NCBI GenBank assembly: GCA_959599615.1
Contig: CAUGKA010000001.1
Location: 1-62,382 of the forward strand
Reading direction: 5' to 3'
Length of the DNA stretch: 62,382 nucleotides
From: an uncultured Collinsella sp.
GTDB taxonomy: Bacteria; Actinomycetota; Coriobacteriia; Coriobacteriales; Coriobacteriaceae
Position 1 is the stretch's first letter. Each line of letters opens with the position of its first letter. Of the stretch, positions 37,632 through 50,826 are shown in pieces. Both the position numbers and the translations under genes were made by a program. The notes under the pieces are model-generated. The model had not been told where the DNA came from. It saw nothing but the letters and a program-made list of their open reading frames with translations, and ran no database searches.

Positions 37632-40232
37632 TTACCCGAGCACGCGTACGGGGCCCAAGAGGCCGCTGGGCTCGAAGGGCTCGGTCATGCCGAATATGTC
37701 GGGGACGGCGTGATCGAGGGTGTTGATGATATCGATCGTAAGCGCGTGCTCACCGGCCAAAAGCGCGCCGGCCTCAAAGCGGTAAGGCGGACAGATGCGC
37801 GTGCCGAGGGATTTGCCGTCGAGGGTGACGGTTGCGGTCTCAAAGACCTCGCCAAGGTCGATGACGGTGCGGGTGGCCGCTTCGCTCAGGACAAAGGAAG
37901 CCTGGTAGCGGAACGTGCCGGCCTTGCCGGGGAACTCGGCTGAGGAAAGGTCGTGCAGGTCTGCAAGCTCAACAGACTCGCCAAAGGCATCGGTACCAGG
38001 GGCAGAAAAGGCAACCGCCCAGGGCCTGTCGATGCATGCGGCTTCGTCTCCAGCGATTGCCGCGCCGGCGGAACCTGTAGCCCCAAGGACCACGATGCAG
38101 CTCTCGTAGGGAGCCAGCTCGAGCGTGCCGTCAAAGGCGGCGGGCTCGGTGCCGTTGAGCAGGTCGAGGCGCGCGCCTGCAACGGGTGTGCCGTCGGCAA
38201 GCGCAATCTGAGTGGAGATGCCCTGCTTGGGATGCTCGTTGACGAGCATCAGATAGGTCTCGCCCGCCCGCTCGTAGCGCAGTGCGCGCAGCCAGGGCTG
38301 GGGCTCGGCGCAAACCACGGTCTGCATGCCGGTATTGGCAAGTGTGTCTGCGAGCTCGGTGGTCGCCAGGAGCTTGATGCCGGCGAGCGCGGTTGCATCC
38401 AGGGAGGCAAAGCCCTCGCGGCCTGCAGTGTCACCGTCGTAGCGCTTGTTCGGCAACTCATCCAGCGCGTACACGGCAACACCTGCGGCTGCGGCGCGCG
38501 CGGCAAAGTCGAGCACGGCTCCGCCGACAAACTCGGCTCCGGGCATCACCAGGCAGCGGTATGCCTGGCCGTTCACGCTAAAGCCGCTACCGTCTGCTCC
38601 GTCTGCGGCAATTTCAACGGCATAGCGCCCTGCGTCCTCAAATGCCTCTGCCGGCACGATGTCAAGGTCGATCTGCGCGCGCATAAGCTCGGAGGCGGCA
38701 TGCTGCATAAAGTTCGCCTCGCCTGCCCACTCGGCGTCCGCATGGTAGAGAAGCGCCACCGGGGTCGTTGCGCGCCCGCCGCTCAGCAGGCTCGCCGTAC
38801 GGTTCATGTAGCTCATGAGCTGCCCAAAGTGTGCAAACTGGGGGTTTTGGCCATGCGCATAGAAATGCGGCGGGCAGTCCCAGTCGGGGAAGGCGGCCAT
38901 GCTAAAGGCATGCGGCACAAACCAATTGACGCCGCGCACCAAAAAATGATCGGCGATCCACTTCATCTCGCGTAGGCCTTCGTGCCATCCAAATGCGCCA
39001 AAGACCTCGGCCATGCAGCGCCCCTGCTTTTTGGGATCGAGGTGTGCCGCCGAGGAGCCCAGCTTGGGCAGCACGTAGTTATAGAACTCGAGGTCCCACA
39101 CGCCGCGTCCGTAGCTGTGAAGGCCGCGGTCCATGCCAGGCACCAGCTGGTTGATCACGATGTCGACGCCCGCCATGTCCTGACCGCCCACGGCGCGGAA
39201 GTAGTGCCCGGCGCCCACGCCCAGGCGCGCGTGGCAGTCCTTGTCCTCGATAACGTGGCCGATGTACTGCACGCCGCGCGCGCGGCACCAGTCTCCGAGC
39301 TGGTCGCAGAAGCACTCCTTATAGAGGGTGCTCGCGATGTCCATATAGACGTGGCGTACGTGCGCGCCGGCCGGCTCGCGGTCCCACAGGTGCGGGAGCT
39401 CGGCCAGGTAGTGCTCGCCCAGTGCCGCGCGCAGGCGACGCTCAAGCTCGGCCGACCAGGGCAGGGGCGCGGTGGCCTTGCCGATGAGCGTGTCCGAGAT
39501 GCCATCGGGGCCCGTGGTGCCCTTCTCGTTGGCAAAGCCGGGCTCATCGGAGAAAAAGCCCAGGATCGTCTTGCCAAACTCATCGCCCAGATGCTCAAAA
39601 TGCGGCTCGTAGACAGCATCGATGAGCTGCGCCACCGAGGCGCGGTCGACCATATTGATGTAGTCCTCGTTGTAGGAGGTCTTGCCGCTCGTGAACATCA
39701 CGCATGCCTGCGTGAGGCCCGCGGGTGCATCGAAGACCAGGCGGCTGGGGTTGCCGTCTGCATCGTCGATTACTCGGTAAGCGACGTCGACGGGGCTGCC
39801 GTCCTGCATAAATGTCACGCCGTAGAAGCGTTCCGTTTTGTCGAGCATGTTGGCGAGCGCGATGCTCGCGGCGGACGTGGGGCCCACGATGTCGAACGTG
39901 CGGTGCGTGAGCACGATCTTGCGGAGCTCGGGCACGGCCTCCTTGACGGCGCCGTTGGCAAAGCCCGTGGGGAAGTGCGCGTCGTCCAAGATCCAGAGCT
40001 TAAGGCCTAGCTGCTTGCACTCGTCAATGACAAAGCGCAAGTCGCGCCACCAGCCCTCGCCGCAAAAATCGGGGTGTGGGCGGCTTTCGAGACAGACCTC
40101 GTGGATGTCGGCGCCGGCGATCTTTTCCAGATACTCGGCAATGATCTTATGGCTCTCGCCCTTCATCCACAAAAACGGAAGCACGTGGTTGTCGTATGTG
40201 CCCTCGAGCACCTGCTGATAGTACGCGGTCAT
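37632..40232 (-). CDS. Large cytoplasmic glycoside hydrolase (GH106 alpha-L-rhamnosidase-like)
   Basis: PFLW, ESRPHPDF, WILDD.HFP.G, GFFSDEP, YIGH, EVFGA.GW, VRGVN, C-terminal IDLGEV..PPY..SGLLGPV; AAGGAGG RBS; family assignment by recall. Confidence 0.7.
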   Translation of the reverse strand: MTAYYQQVLEGTYDNHVLPFLWMKGESHKIIAEYLEKIAGADIHEVCLESRPHPDFCGEGWWRDLRFVIDECKQLGLKLWILDDAHFPTGFANGAVKEAVPELRKIVLTHRTFDIVGPTSAASIALANMLDKTERFYGVTFMQDGSPVDVAYRVIDDADGNPSRLVFDAPAGLTQACVMFTSGKTSYNEDYINMVDRASVAQLIDAVYEPHFEHLGDEFGKTILGFFSDEPGFANEKGTTGPDGISDTLIGKATAPLPWSAELERRLRAALGEHYLAELPHLWDREPAGAHVRHVYMDIASTLYKECFCDQLGDWCRARGVQYIGHVIEDKDCHARLGVGAGHYFRAVGGQDMAGVDIVINQLVPGMDRGLHSYGRGVWDLEFYNYVLPKLGSSAAHLDPKKQGRCMAEVFGAFGWHEGLREMKWIADHFLVRGVNWFVPHAFSMAAFPDWDCPPHFYAHGQNPQFAHFGQLMSYMNRTASLLSGGRATTPVALLYHADAEWAGEANFMQHAASELMRAQIDLDIVPAEAFEDAGRYAVEIAADGADGSGFSVNGQAYRCLVMPGAEFVGGAVLDFAARAAAAGVAVYALDELPNKRYDGDTAGREGFASLDATALAGIKLLATTELADTLANTGMQTVVCAEPQPWLRALRYERAGETYLMLVNEHPKQGISTQIALADGTPVAGARLDLLNGTEPAAFDGTLELAPYESCIVVLGATGSAGAAIAGDEAACIDRPWAVAFSAPGTDAFGESVELADLHDLSSAEFPGKAGTFRYQASFVLSEAATRTVIDLGEVFETATVTLDGKSLGTRICPPYRFEAGALLAGEHALTIDIINTLDHAVPDIFGMTEPFEPSGLLGPVRVLG

Positions 40233-40346
40233 GGATCCTCCTTGGCTCGATCGGTCTGCTGCATAGCACAGATTATGGACGCGTCGGCGCGTTCTGCTAA
40301 TATCTGAATCACGACGAACTATGACCAAATCAACGATTGGCAAGCC

Positions 40347-42949
<2,603 letters not shown>

Positions 42950-43045
42950 TCGACAATATGAGTGCCACTGGGGAAAAGGTTTTGGGAAGTGCCTGGGAGG
43001 GCTTGCGATTCGAGCCCTCACCTTAGCATTTGAACCATTTGGCAC

Positions 43046-43079
43046 TATAATCACCATAGGCATGCGCAAAACGTTGCGC
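43046..43079 (+). promoter_or_regulatory. -10 box and palindromic operator-like site upstream of EIIA
   Basis: TATAAT 43046-43051; gcgcaa-aacg-ttgcgc 43064-43079. Confidence 0.45.
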
Positions 43080-43100
43080 TTAATCAAGAGGAGAAATCGT

Positions 43101-43637
43101 ATGGGTCTGTTTGACATGTTCAAGAAGAAGGCTGAGCCCGCGGCTGCCGCTGCTCCGTCCTCCATCTCTGCTTCTGCCGGCGCCGACGTGCTGTGCTCAC
43201 CCGTCAAGGGCAAGGTCATCAAGATGGCCGACGTGCCCGATCCCGTCTTTGGCGGCGAGGTCCTGGGCAAGGGCTGCGCCGTGTGGCCCGAGGACGATCT
43301 GGTCTACGCTCCCTGCGACGGCAAGGTGACCGTCACCATGGGTCACGCCGTGGGCCTGCAGTCCGATAGCGGCATCGAGGTTCTGGTGCATGTTGGCGTC
43401 GATACCGTCAACATGAACGGCGACGGCTTCGAGGGCTTCGTCAAGGCCGACGACGTCGTTAAGGCTGGCCAGCCCATGCTCAAGATCGACCGCGCCAAGA
43501 TCGCTGCTGCCGGTTACAAGGACTGCGTCGTGGTGGCCGTGTCCAACACCGCCGAGTTTGCCGATGTCGAACTCGCCGTCGAGGCCGACTCCGCTGTCGC
43601 CGCCGGTGACGCCATCGTTAAGGTCGTCCGCAAGTAA
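43101..43637 (+). CDS. PTS glucose-family EIIA component
   Basis: VPDPVF, GHAVG, EVLVHVGVDTV. Confidence 0.92.
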   Translation: MGLFDMFKKKAEPAAAAAPSSISASAGADVLCSPVKGKVIKMADVPDPVFGGEVLGKGCAVWPEDDLVYAPCDGKVTVTMGHAVGLQSDSGIEVLVHVGVDTVNMNGDGFEGFVKADDVVKAGQPMLKIDRAKIAAAGYKDCVVVAVSNTAEFADVELAVEADSAVAAGDAIVKVVRK

Positions 43638-43660
43638 ACTGCGGCAACATAAGGATGTGC

Positions 43661-43693
43661 AAAGGTGGTCGGGTTGTCTGGCCACCTTTTTTA
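43661..43693 (+). terminator. Intrinsic terminator
   Basis: aaaggtggtcgg..ctggccacc followed by tttttt. Confidence 0.7.
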
Positions 43694-43873
43694 TTGCACC
43701 GCGGGGAAGCGTTTTATTGCACGTTGGGCGGGCTTGCAAACCGTTCGGACGCTAAAACGAACCGACAGCGCCTTCGTGCCGTCGAGGGTGTTCATAAGCG
43801 GATAGTATGGGCTTACTTATTACAACGTGCGCCGCGTCTGGGAAGCGCGGTGCCGCTCATTGGGAGGAACAAC

Positions 43874-44431
43874 ATGAAAAAGAAGCTGCTGCTTGCGCCC
43901 CTCATGGCCGTTTTGGTTGCATGCGTGGTCGTGCTTTCCGGTTGTGGAGGCCCTTCGATCGAGGAACTCATCACCGAGGATCTTACGACTCAGTTTGACG
44001 AGGTCAAGAACGGTGGCGACGAGTTCCTTTCTGGTCTGGAGGAGGCTTCGGGCGACGAGTTCGAGCAGCTGGGTATCGATCCCAAGGAGTATGCCAAGAC
44101 CTATCTCGAAGGCTTTGACTACGAGATCGGCGACGTGACGGTCGACGAGGACAAGGGTGTCGCGACCGCCGAGGTCTCCATCACCTGCAAGTCCATGAAC
44201 AAGATCGTCGAGGACTTCTCCACCCAGTATCAGGAGAAGGTCGCCGCGCTTGACACGGTTCCTTCCGATGACGAGCTGTACAAGATGGCAGGTCAGGTTA
44301 TGGTCGATGTGACCAAGGCAACCGAGCCCAGGAAGACCACGGTTATCTTCAAGTACACCTGCAACGACGACGGCGAGTGGTCTGCCGACGATTCCGCAAC
44401 CAACGAGATGATGAATGCCATGATGAGCTAG
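43874..44431 (+). CDS. Lipoprotein of unknown function
   Basis: MKKKLL signal, LSGC lipobox, GGAGG RBS. Confidence 0.8.
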   Translation: MKKKLLLAPLMAVLVACVVVLSGCGGPSIEELITEDLTTQFDEVKNGGDEFLSGLEEASGDEFEQLGIDPKEYAKTYLEGFDYEIGDVTVDEDKGVATAEVSITCKSMNKIVEDFSTQYQEKVAALDTVPSDDELYKMAGQVMVDVTKATEPRKTTVIFKYTCNDDGEWSADDSATNEMMNAMMS

Positions 44432-44450
44432 GGGAGTTACGCGGTAGTTC

Positions 44451-44600
44451 GTTACGGCGTTTTACCAAACGCCGTAACTGCCCGACGCTGCGCGCCGCCC
44501 AGGACGACAATTTGTCATTCAAAAGGCGAGGCATGACCCGAAGGTCTATGCCTCGCCTTTTTCATGCCAACTTGTTCGTCCTGGACGTCGCTCGCTGTCC
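44451..44600. repeat. Structured ~150-nt element, copy B
   Basis: Same first hairpin and stem architecture as 35452-35601. Confidence 0.75.
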
Positions 44601-44650
44601 GTCCTCTACCCGTGACGTTACCATCGCTGGAGTAGTCATTGGGAAGGCGG

Positions 44651-44893
44651 TGCTTGGGGACGTTCCTTTCCTGCCGGCAGTTGGGGACACTCCTTGTGCC
44701 GGCGTTGCATCGCGAACGCTCGGGAAAATGCGGCCCGGTTTTTGGCCGAATAGTGGGTCGCGGTTTCCGGATGAGGCGGGTTGCGGAAAGTGCGACCCGG
44801 AATATAGCTCCAAAACGGGACACAGTTTCCCCGACGCGCCTCAAACGGAAAGCGCATCCCATTCCGGAGCTCCAAAACGGGATGCGCTTTCCT
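44651..44893. repeat. GGGGAC module followed by three degenerate GGAAA..TTTCC hairpin units
   Basis: cggaaagcgcatccc..gggatgcgctttcc and two diverged units sharing (g)ctccaaaacggg / tttggcc. Confidence 0.6.
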
Positions 44894-44933
44894 TGCGGAA
44901 GAATTGTCGCAGCCGCATGGAGCGGCGGCTTCG

Positions 44934-45602
44934 TTACTCGCCTAGAATCAGCGCCGCGAGCTCTGCCTGGCTGTCCACCACGTAGTCGGCGCCGGCGGCT
45001 TCCAGCTCTGCGCGGCCGCGGAAGCCCCAGCTGACGCCCGCGCTCTTAAGGCCGGCGTTATGACCGGTCAGGATATCGACATTGGAATCGCCCACGTAGA
45101 GCGTGGTCGCCGGGTCGGCGCCCAGCGCTTCCATCACATGCAGCGTGACGGGCGCCTCGGGCTTGGGCGGAAAAGCGTCGACACGGCCCTGGACCAGCGC
45201 AAAGCGGTCGGGGCCAAAGTACTTCTCGATAAGCGGGGCCGCCGAAATGTGGTCCTTGTTGGTGAGCACGGCAAGCTGGATGCCCGCGGCGCGCAGGCGG
45301 TCGAGCATCTCGATTGTGCCGGCATAGGGGGCGGTGTGGTCCTCCTTGTGCTCGCCGTAGTAAGCCCTAAACTCGGCAAGCGTCTGCTCAAAGGCGCGCC
45401 CGTCGCCCGCATACTCGGCGGGCATAAAGCGCTCGACCAGCTTGAGCATGCCGTTTCCCACCTTATAGCGGTATTCGTCAACGGCAAACGTAGGCCAGCC
45501 GTGCGTCTCGCAGGTATGGTTGCTAGCGGCCGCCAGGTCCTCGAGCGTGTTGAGGATGGTGCCATCCAGATCAAAGATCACATGGGAAAAAGCTGCTGCC
45601 AT
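44934..45602 (-). CDS. HAD-family phosphatase (Gph-like)
   Basis: FDLDGT, LTNK, KP, YVGDS..D, VSWG. Confidence 0.9.
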   Translation of the reverse strand: MAAAFSHVIFDLDGTILNTLEDLAAASNHTCETHGWPTFAVDEYRYKVGNGMLKLVERFMPAEYAGDGRAFEQTLAEFRAYYGEHKEDHTAPYAGTIEMLDRLRAAGIQLAVLTNKDHISAAPLIEKYFGPDRFALVQGRVDAFPPKPEAPVTLHVMEALGADPATTLYVGDSNVDILTGHNAGLKSAGVSWGFRGRAELEAAGADYVVDSQAELAALILGE

Positions 45603-45728
45603 GAAAGCTCCCGTCATTGGGTTTAAAAACGCACCTCATAATACTGGGCTTACGCATCGGGCTTGTTTGGAATCTGAACATCTTCAAGGGATATCGAGCT
45701 GCATCGCGCCGTCTGCGAGAATGTGCCG

Positions 45729-46763
45729 CTAGCAAATCCTCGGCAGCTGCTCTCCCACGAGCATGTCGAGAATACGGGTCGATCCCCAGCCGGTGCGTAC
45801 GCGCACGGCGGGGCGGGCGTCCTCGGCAAGCGGCAGCACGCGACCGATGATGGCGGCATTCTCGCCGTAGCGGGCGGCGCGCATGGCCGCCAGCGCGGCA
45901 TCGGCCTGCTCGGCCGGCACCACGGCGACCATCTTGCCCTCGTTTGCCACCTGCAGCACATCGTAGCCGAGCATCTCACATGCCGCCTGCACGTCGGGGC
46001 GCACGGGCACGGCATCCTCGTCGATCTCCATGGCGACGCCGCTGGCCTGGGCAAACTCGTTGAGCGTGGATGCCAGGCCGCCGCGCGTGGGGTCACGGAA
46101 GCAGCGGGTATCGGGGGCGGCGGCGAGCACATCGGCAATCAGATGATTGAGCGGCGCAGCGTCGCTTTCGATGTTGCTCGAAAACGCCAAGCCCTCGCGC
46201 TGGCTCATGATGGCGATGCCGTGGTCGCCTAGCGTACCCGATACCAGGATGGCGTCGCCGGGCCGACAGTTTGCACCGCTGAGCGCTACGCCCGCGGGCA
46301 CCTCGCCCACGCCGGCGGTATTGATGTAGACGCCGTCGGCACCGCCACGCTCGACCACCTTGGTGTCGCCGGTGATTATGGACACGCCCGCCTCGCGCGC
46401 CGTTTCGGCCATGGTCTGCACAATCTGGCGCAGCTTGTCCATGGGATAGCCCTCTTCGAGGATAAAGCCGCATGAGAGGTAGCGCACGTTAGCGCCCGAG
46501 GTCGCGACGTCGTTGACGGTTCCGCATACGGCGAGTCGGCCGATATTGCCGCCGGGGAAGAACTGCGGCGTTACCACAAAGCTGTCGGTCGACATGGCGA
46601 TTCGCCCGCTTGCGGGCAGTACGGCGACACCGGCATCGTTGCCCGCAAGCAGCTCGGGCGACCCAAAGGCATCCAGAAAGACCTCATCGATAATGCGTTT
46701 CATCATCTGGCCGCCGGAGCCGTGGCCCAGCAGGACGGTGCTATCGGTAACGCTATGGGACAT
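45729..46763 (-). CDS. hypE: Hydrogenase maturation protein HypE
   Basis: HGSGG, TDSFVV, GDTKVV, RDPTRGG, ANEGK, C-terminal LPRIC. Confidence 0.97.
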   Translation of the reverse strand: MSHSVTDSTVLLGHGSGGQMMKRIIDEVFLDAFGSPELLAGNDAGVAVLPASGRIAMSTDSFVVTPQFFPGGNIGRLAVCGTVNDVATSGANVRYLSCGFILEEGYPMDKLRQIVQTMAETAREAGVSIITGDTKVVERGGADGVYINTAGVGEVPAGVALSGANCRPGDAILVSGTLGDHGIAIMSQREGLAFSSNIESDAAPLNHLIADVLAAAPDTRCFRDPTRGGLASTLNEFAQASGVAMEIDEDAVPVRPDVQAACEMLGYDVLQVANEGKMVAVVPAEQADAALAAMRAARYGENAAIIGRVLPLAEDARPAVRVRTGWGSTRILDMLVGEQLPRIC

Positions 46764-46811
46764 ATCGAAAACTCCAATCGTGGGTGGTGCCGGTACGCGG
46801 GGGCGTCCGGG

Positions 46812-47924
46812 CTAGTCGCGGTATCTAAAGTACGCCGCGCAGCTGCCTTCGGAGCTCACCATGCAGGGGCCGACGGGGTGTTCGGGCGTGCAGGTGCGGC
46901 CAAACAACGGGCAGTCGCTCGGCGTGATGGCACCGCGCAGCACGTCGCCGCAGCGGCATCCGCGTGGCTCGACCGCCGGTTCAATGGGCACGTCAAAGCG
47001 GGCGCCGGCATCAAAACGCGCGAATTCTGGTCGGATGGAAAGACCCGAAGCCGCAATCGGTCCCAGTCCGCGCCACGTGGTGTCGCACGGCTCAAACACC
47101 TGCTCGACCAGCTGGCGCGCTACGGGATTGCCGTCTGCATTGACGCCACGGCGGTAGGCGTTGTCGATTGCGGGCCTGTGCTCGACAACCATCTGGACCA
47201 GCATGCAGATGCCCTGCAAGATATCGACCGGCTCAAACCCGGTGACTACGCCGGGGGTCTCGAACTCATCGACCAAAAACCTAAAGGGTGCCAGGCCCGT
47301 GATGGTAGCGACGTGACCAGGCAGGATAAAGCCGTCGATGGTCGTTTCGGGGTCGTTGGAGATCGCACGCAGAGCCGGCGGCGTGGTCTTGTGAGCACAG
47401 TAGACCGAGAAGTTCTGGAGCTCGCGCGCGTCGGCCTCTAGGATGGCGGCGGCAATGGTGGGCGTTGTGGTCTCAAAGCCGACGCCCATAAAGATAACCG
47501 GGCGTTCGGGATTTTGCTCAGCAATGTTGAGTGCGTCGAGCGGAGAGTAGACGATGCGGATGTCGCGTCCCGCCGCCTTTTGCGCGGCAAGCGAGGTGGA
47601 CGATCCTGGCACGCGCATCATGTCGCCAAAGGTGGTGATGATGGCGCCGTCCATCTTGGCGAGCGCGATTGCATGGTCGATATCGCGGTTGGCGGTAACG
47701 CAGACGGGGCAACCCGGACCGCTCAGCAGTTTGAGCCCGGCAGGCATAATGGAGCGAAAGCCATAGCGCCCGATGTTCACGGTATGCGTGCCGCAGACTT
47801 CCATAAGGTTGATGCTGCGGCTGCCGACAAGCGCATGAATACGATCGATGAGCTCGCGAGCCAGCCTGGGGTCGCGAAATGCCGAAAAGTCGATACCGGA
47901 GCGCGCCGGCTGTCCGGCCGCCAC
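46812..47924 (-). CDS. hypD: Hydrogenase maturation protein HypD
   Basis: MEVCGTHT, GPGCPVC, GFETT, PGHV, GPCMVSSEGSC. Confidence 0.97.
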   Translation of the reverse strand: MAAGQPARSGIDFSAFRDPRLARELIDRIHALVGSRSINLMEVCGTHTVNIGRYGFRSIMPAGLKLLSGPGCPVCVTANRDIDHAIALAKMDGAIITTFGDMMRVPGSSTSLAAQKAAGRDIRIVYSPLDALNIAEQNPERPVIFMGVGFETTTPTIAAAILEADARELQNFSVYCAHKTTPPALRAISNDPETTIDGFILPGHVATITGLAPFRFLVDEFETPGVVTGFEPVDILQGICMLVQMVVEHRPAIDNAYRRGVNADGNPVARQLVEQVFEPCDTTWRGLGPIAASGLSIRPEFARFDAGARFDVPIEPAVEPRGCRCGDVLRGAITPSDCPLFGRTCTPEHPVGPCMVSSEGSCAAYFRYRD

Positions 47925-48184
47925 TAGTATGCCTCGGCCGGATTGCTGGCCAGTTGGTCTTCTTCGGCCAGTTCGGTCATGGCGTTAACGAGCTCGAGCG
48001 TTTCTTGCGCTTCCTGCTCGTCGACGATCTGGATGCCAAAGCCGGCGTGTACGAGAATATAGTCGCCAACCTGCGCCGTCGGTACGAGACGCAGCGAAAT
48101 GGGGCGCTCGATGCCCATCATGTCGACGGTCGCCTTAAGGTCGTCGTCGCGTTTGACCACTTTACCGGGAACGGCAAGGCACAT
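47924..48184 (-). CDS. hypC: Hydrogenase chaperone HypC
   Basis: MCLAVP N-terminus, VGDYILVHAG. Confidence 0.96.
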   Translation of the reverse strand: MCLAVPGKVVKRDDDLKATVDMMGIERPISLRLVPTAQVGDYILVHAGFGIQIVDEQEAQETLELVNAMTELAEEDQLASNPAEAY

Positions 48185-48315
48185 AATGTTCCCCTTTTAT
48201 ACGTTTTGCGCTGGATAGGCGCCTAATTACCCATCAGTTGATGGTAGCGCTCGCGGGAGTCACGAGCAAACGCGTTACACCTGTGAGACGGCGGCGCGCA
48301 GGCTGGCAAAACAGC

Positions 48316-50784
48316 CTATCGCAACGCCGTCTGCGCGAGGCGAGCGCGAGCGATGGCGGCCTGACCGTAGGCGATGCAGCCGTCGTTGGCGGGTACAGCG
48401 TGGGGGACCAAGACGGCAAGACCGGCGTCTTTGAGTTCGTGGGTAAGGAGCTGAAGCAAAAGCCGGTTCATGAACACACCGCCCGAGAGCGCGACGGTGT
48501 CGAGGTCTTCACGGACGCAGATCTCGCTTGCGATGCGGGCCGACGCGCGTGCGATGGTGACATGGAAGTCGAGCGCGAGCTTGCCGGCGGGCACGCCGGT
48601 CCTGATTCCCTCCAAAAGCGCCTCAAAAAGCGGTCTGGAGTTCAGAACATGGAAGTCGTCCGGACGGGATGATTCGGTTACGGAAAAGCTGGCCATATTG
48701 CCGGTGGGGCAGGCACTTTCACTGCTGAACGCGCGCCAGGCGGCGGCTTCGAGTTCTATGGCAGGCTCGCCCTCGTAGGTTGCCTTGTCGCAGATGCCCA
48801 GAATTGCTGCCGCGGCATCAAAGAGACGCCCCATGCTGCTGGTGCGCGGGCTGTTGATGCCGTGCTCGATCATGGTGGCTGTCACGCTGCGCGTTTGCTC
48901 GTCGAGGCTGCCCAAAAGCCGAGCGGCGCCTGGGTGCTCGAGCAGACCGAGCTCACTGAGCAGGGCAAAGGCGTTGCGGCGGGCGTCGCGCACGGAGGCC
49001 GCCCCGCCGGGGAGCGCCCAGGTGAGTAAATGCGCGGCGCGCTCAAAGCCGCCAAGGCCGGCAACAAGAAACTCGCCGCCCCAAATGGTCCCATCGGTGC
49101 CGGCGCCGGTGCCGTCAAAGGCGATGCCAAGGACACGCGCGTCGGTTGTAAGCTGGCCCGCGGCGATGGCCTCGGCCATTACGCTCGCGATATGCGCATG
49201 ATGGTGCTGCACCTCGACGAGCGGCAGATTGTGCTCCCGTGCCTGCTCGCGCGCCCACTGGCTCGATAGATAGCTGGGGTGCAAATCGCAGGCCAAGGCG
49301 GCGGGCGCCAAGTCAAAGAGATCTTCCAAGCGCGTGCGCGCGGCGTTCCAGGCATCGAAGGTCTCGCCGTTTTCAACATCGCCGATATGCTGCGACACAA
49401 AACAGGTTGCCTCGCCGTTCGTCCCTTCACGCGTGAGCGCAATCGTGGCCTTTTGTTGTGGCCCGCAGGCGAGCACGCAGGACGGAGCGCCGTCGAGCGC
49501 CGGCAACGGCAACGGCTGGGGTGCATATCCGCGAGCGCGGCGCACGGGCATAACGGCGCCGTCGACCACGCGCACTACAGAGTCGTCGTAGCGCGAGAGG
49601 ATCGCGCGGTCGTTGCCGAGCAACGCATCGGCGATGCCGGCGGCAACGAGGTGTTCCCAGGCAAGATCGTCGTCGGTTTCTATGGGTTCTTCGCTCAGGT
49701 TTCCGCTGGTCATGACGAGCGCGTGCATACCGCAGGCTTCTGCCGCGGCAAGCAACAGATGTTGAAGCGGCGTATAGGGGAGCATGATGCCGAGCTCTGG
49801 AAGGTCGTGCGCGACGGACGGCGCGAGCGCGAGGGCGTCGGGGGAGCCGCCGCTCTCGCAAGCAGCACGTCGGCGCAGCAGCACAATGGGGCGAATGCTG
49901 CCGGCCAGCAAGCCGCGCTCAACGTCGCTGACATGGCATAGGCGTTCAACGTCGGCAAGGTCGCGCATCATGACGGCAAGTGGTTTGTTGCTGCGGCGTT
50001 TGCGACGGCGCAGCTCGGCCACCGCCTGCTCGCTGGCGGCGTCACAGGCTAGATGAAATCCGCCCAGGCCCTTGATGGCGACGATGCCACCGCTGGCCAG
50101 CAGCTCAACGCAGCGCTCGATAATGGCGTCGCTGGCCTCGCGTGTGGTGCCGACTGCCGGTGTCGCGGACGAATTCCCGCACGCATCGCCGTTCACAGCC
50201 TCGCGCCACGTAATATGCGGCCCGCAATCAAAGCAGGCATCGGGTTGCGCGTGAAAACGCCGGTCGAGTGGGTCGGCATACTCCGCGGCACACTTGGGAC
50301 ACATGGGAAAACAATCCATCGACGTGGCCGCTCGGTCATAAGGCAACGATCGGATGATGGTAAAGCGTGGGCCGCAGTTAGTGCAGTTGATAAAGGGGTA
50401 GTGATAGCGTCGGTCGGCGGGATCGAACAACTCGCGCAGACAATCGTCACAGGTAGCGATATCGGGCGAGACGAGCGTCGTGTGCGCGGTCTGGTCCTGC
50501 GATGCCACAATGCGAAAGCCCTGCTCATCGGCAGCACTCCAACCGCCAGGCCCCAAGTCCACAACCTCGACATGCTCAACGCGGGCTGCCGCAGGCGCAT
50601 GCTCAGAAAGCGCGGCAACAAAAGCATCGAGCGCATCGGCCGGAGCGTGCGCCTCAATATGTACGCCGTCGCCCGCGTTGAGCACCCATCCGCAAATGCC
50701 ATGCGCCATGGCCTCGCGATACACAAACGGCCGCATGCCAACGCCCTGCACAATGCCCGTTACATGAATATGCACATGTCGCAT
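48316..50784 (-). CDS. hypF: Carbamoyltransferase HypF
   Basis: GIVQGVGMRP, CDDC/CTNC/CPKC/CFDC fingers, KGLGGFHL, RRARGY, QHHHAH, DGTG, SSMGRLFD, NDG. Confidence 0.96.
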   Translation of the reverse strand: MRHVHIHVTGIVQGVGMRPFVYREAMAHGICGWVLNAGDGVHIEAHAPADALDAFVAALSEHAPAAARVEHVEVVDLGPGGWSAADEQGFRIVASQDQTAHTTLVSPDIATCDDCLRELFDPADRRYHYPFINCTNCGPRFTIIRSLPYDRAATSMDCFPMCPKCAAEYADPLDRRFHAQPDACFDCGPHITWREAVNGDACGNSSATPAVGTTREASDAIIERCVELLASGGIVAIKGLGGFHLACDAASEQAVAELRRRKRRSNKPLAVMMRDLADVERLCHVSDVERGLLAGSIRPIVLLRRRAACESGGSPDALALAPSVAHDLPELGIMLPYTPLQHLLLAAAEACGMHALVMTSGNLSEEPIETDDDLAWEHLVAAGIADALLGNDRAILSRYDDSVVRVVDGAVMPVRRARGYAPQPLPLPALDGAPSCVLACGPQQKATIALTREGTNGEATCFVSQHIGDVENGETFDAWNAARTRLEDLFDLAPAALACDLHPSYLSSQWAREQAREHNLPLVEVQHHHAHIASVMAEAIAAGQLTTDARVLGIAFDGTGAGTDGTIWGGEFLVAGLGGFERAAHLLTWALPGGAASVRDARRNAFALLSELGLLEHPGAARLLGSLDEQTRSVTATMIEHGINSPRTSSMGRLFDAAAAILGICDKATYEGEPAIELEAAAWRAFSSESACPTGNMASFSVTESSRPDDFHVLNSRPLFEALLEGIRTGVPAGKLALDFHVTIARASARIASEICVREDLDTVALSGGVFMNRLLLQLLTHELKDAGLAVLVPHAVPANDGCIAYGQAAIARARLAQTALR

Positions 50785-50826
50785 GTGACACCCCTCATCA
50801 AAACCGACCAAATAGGGACAGGTGCG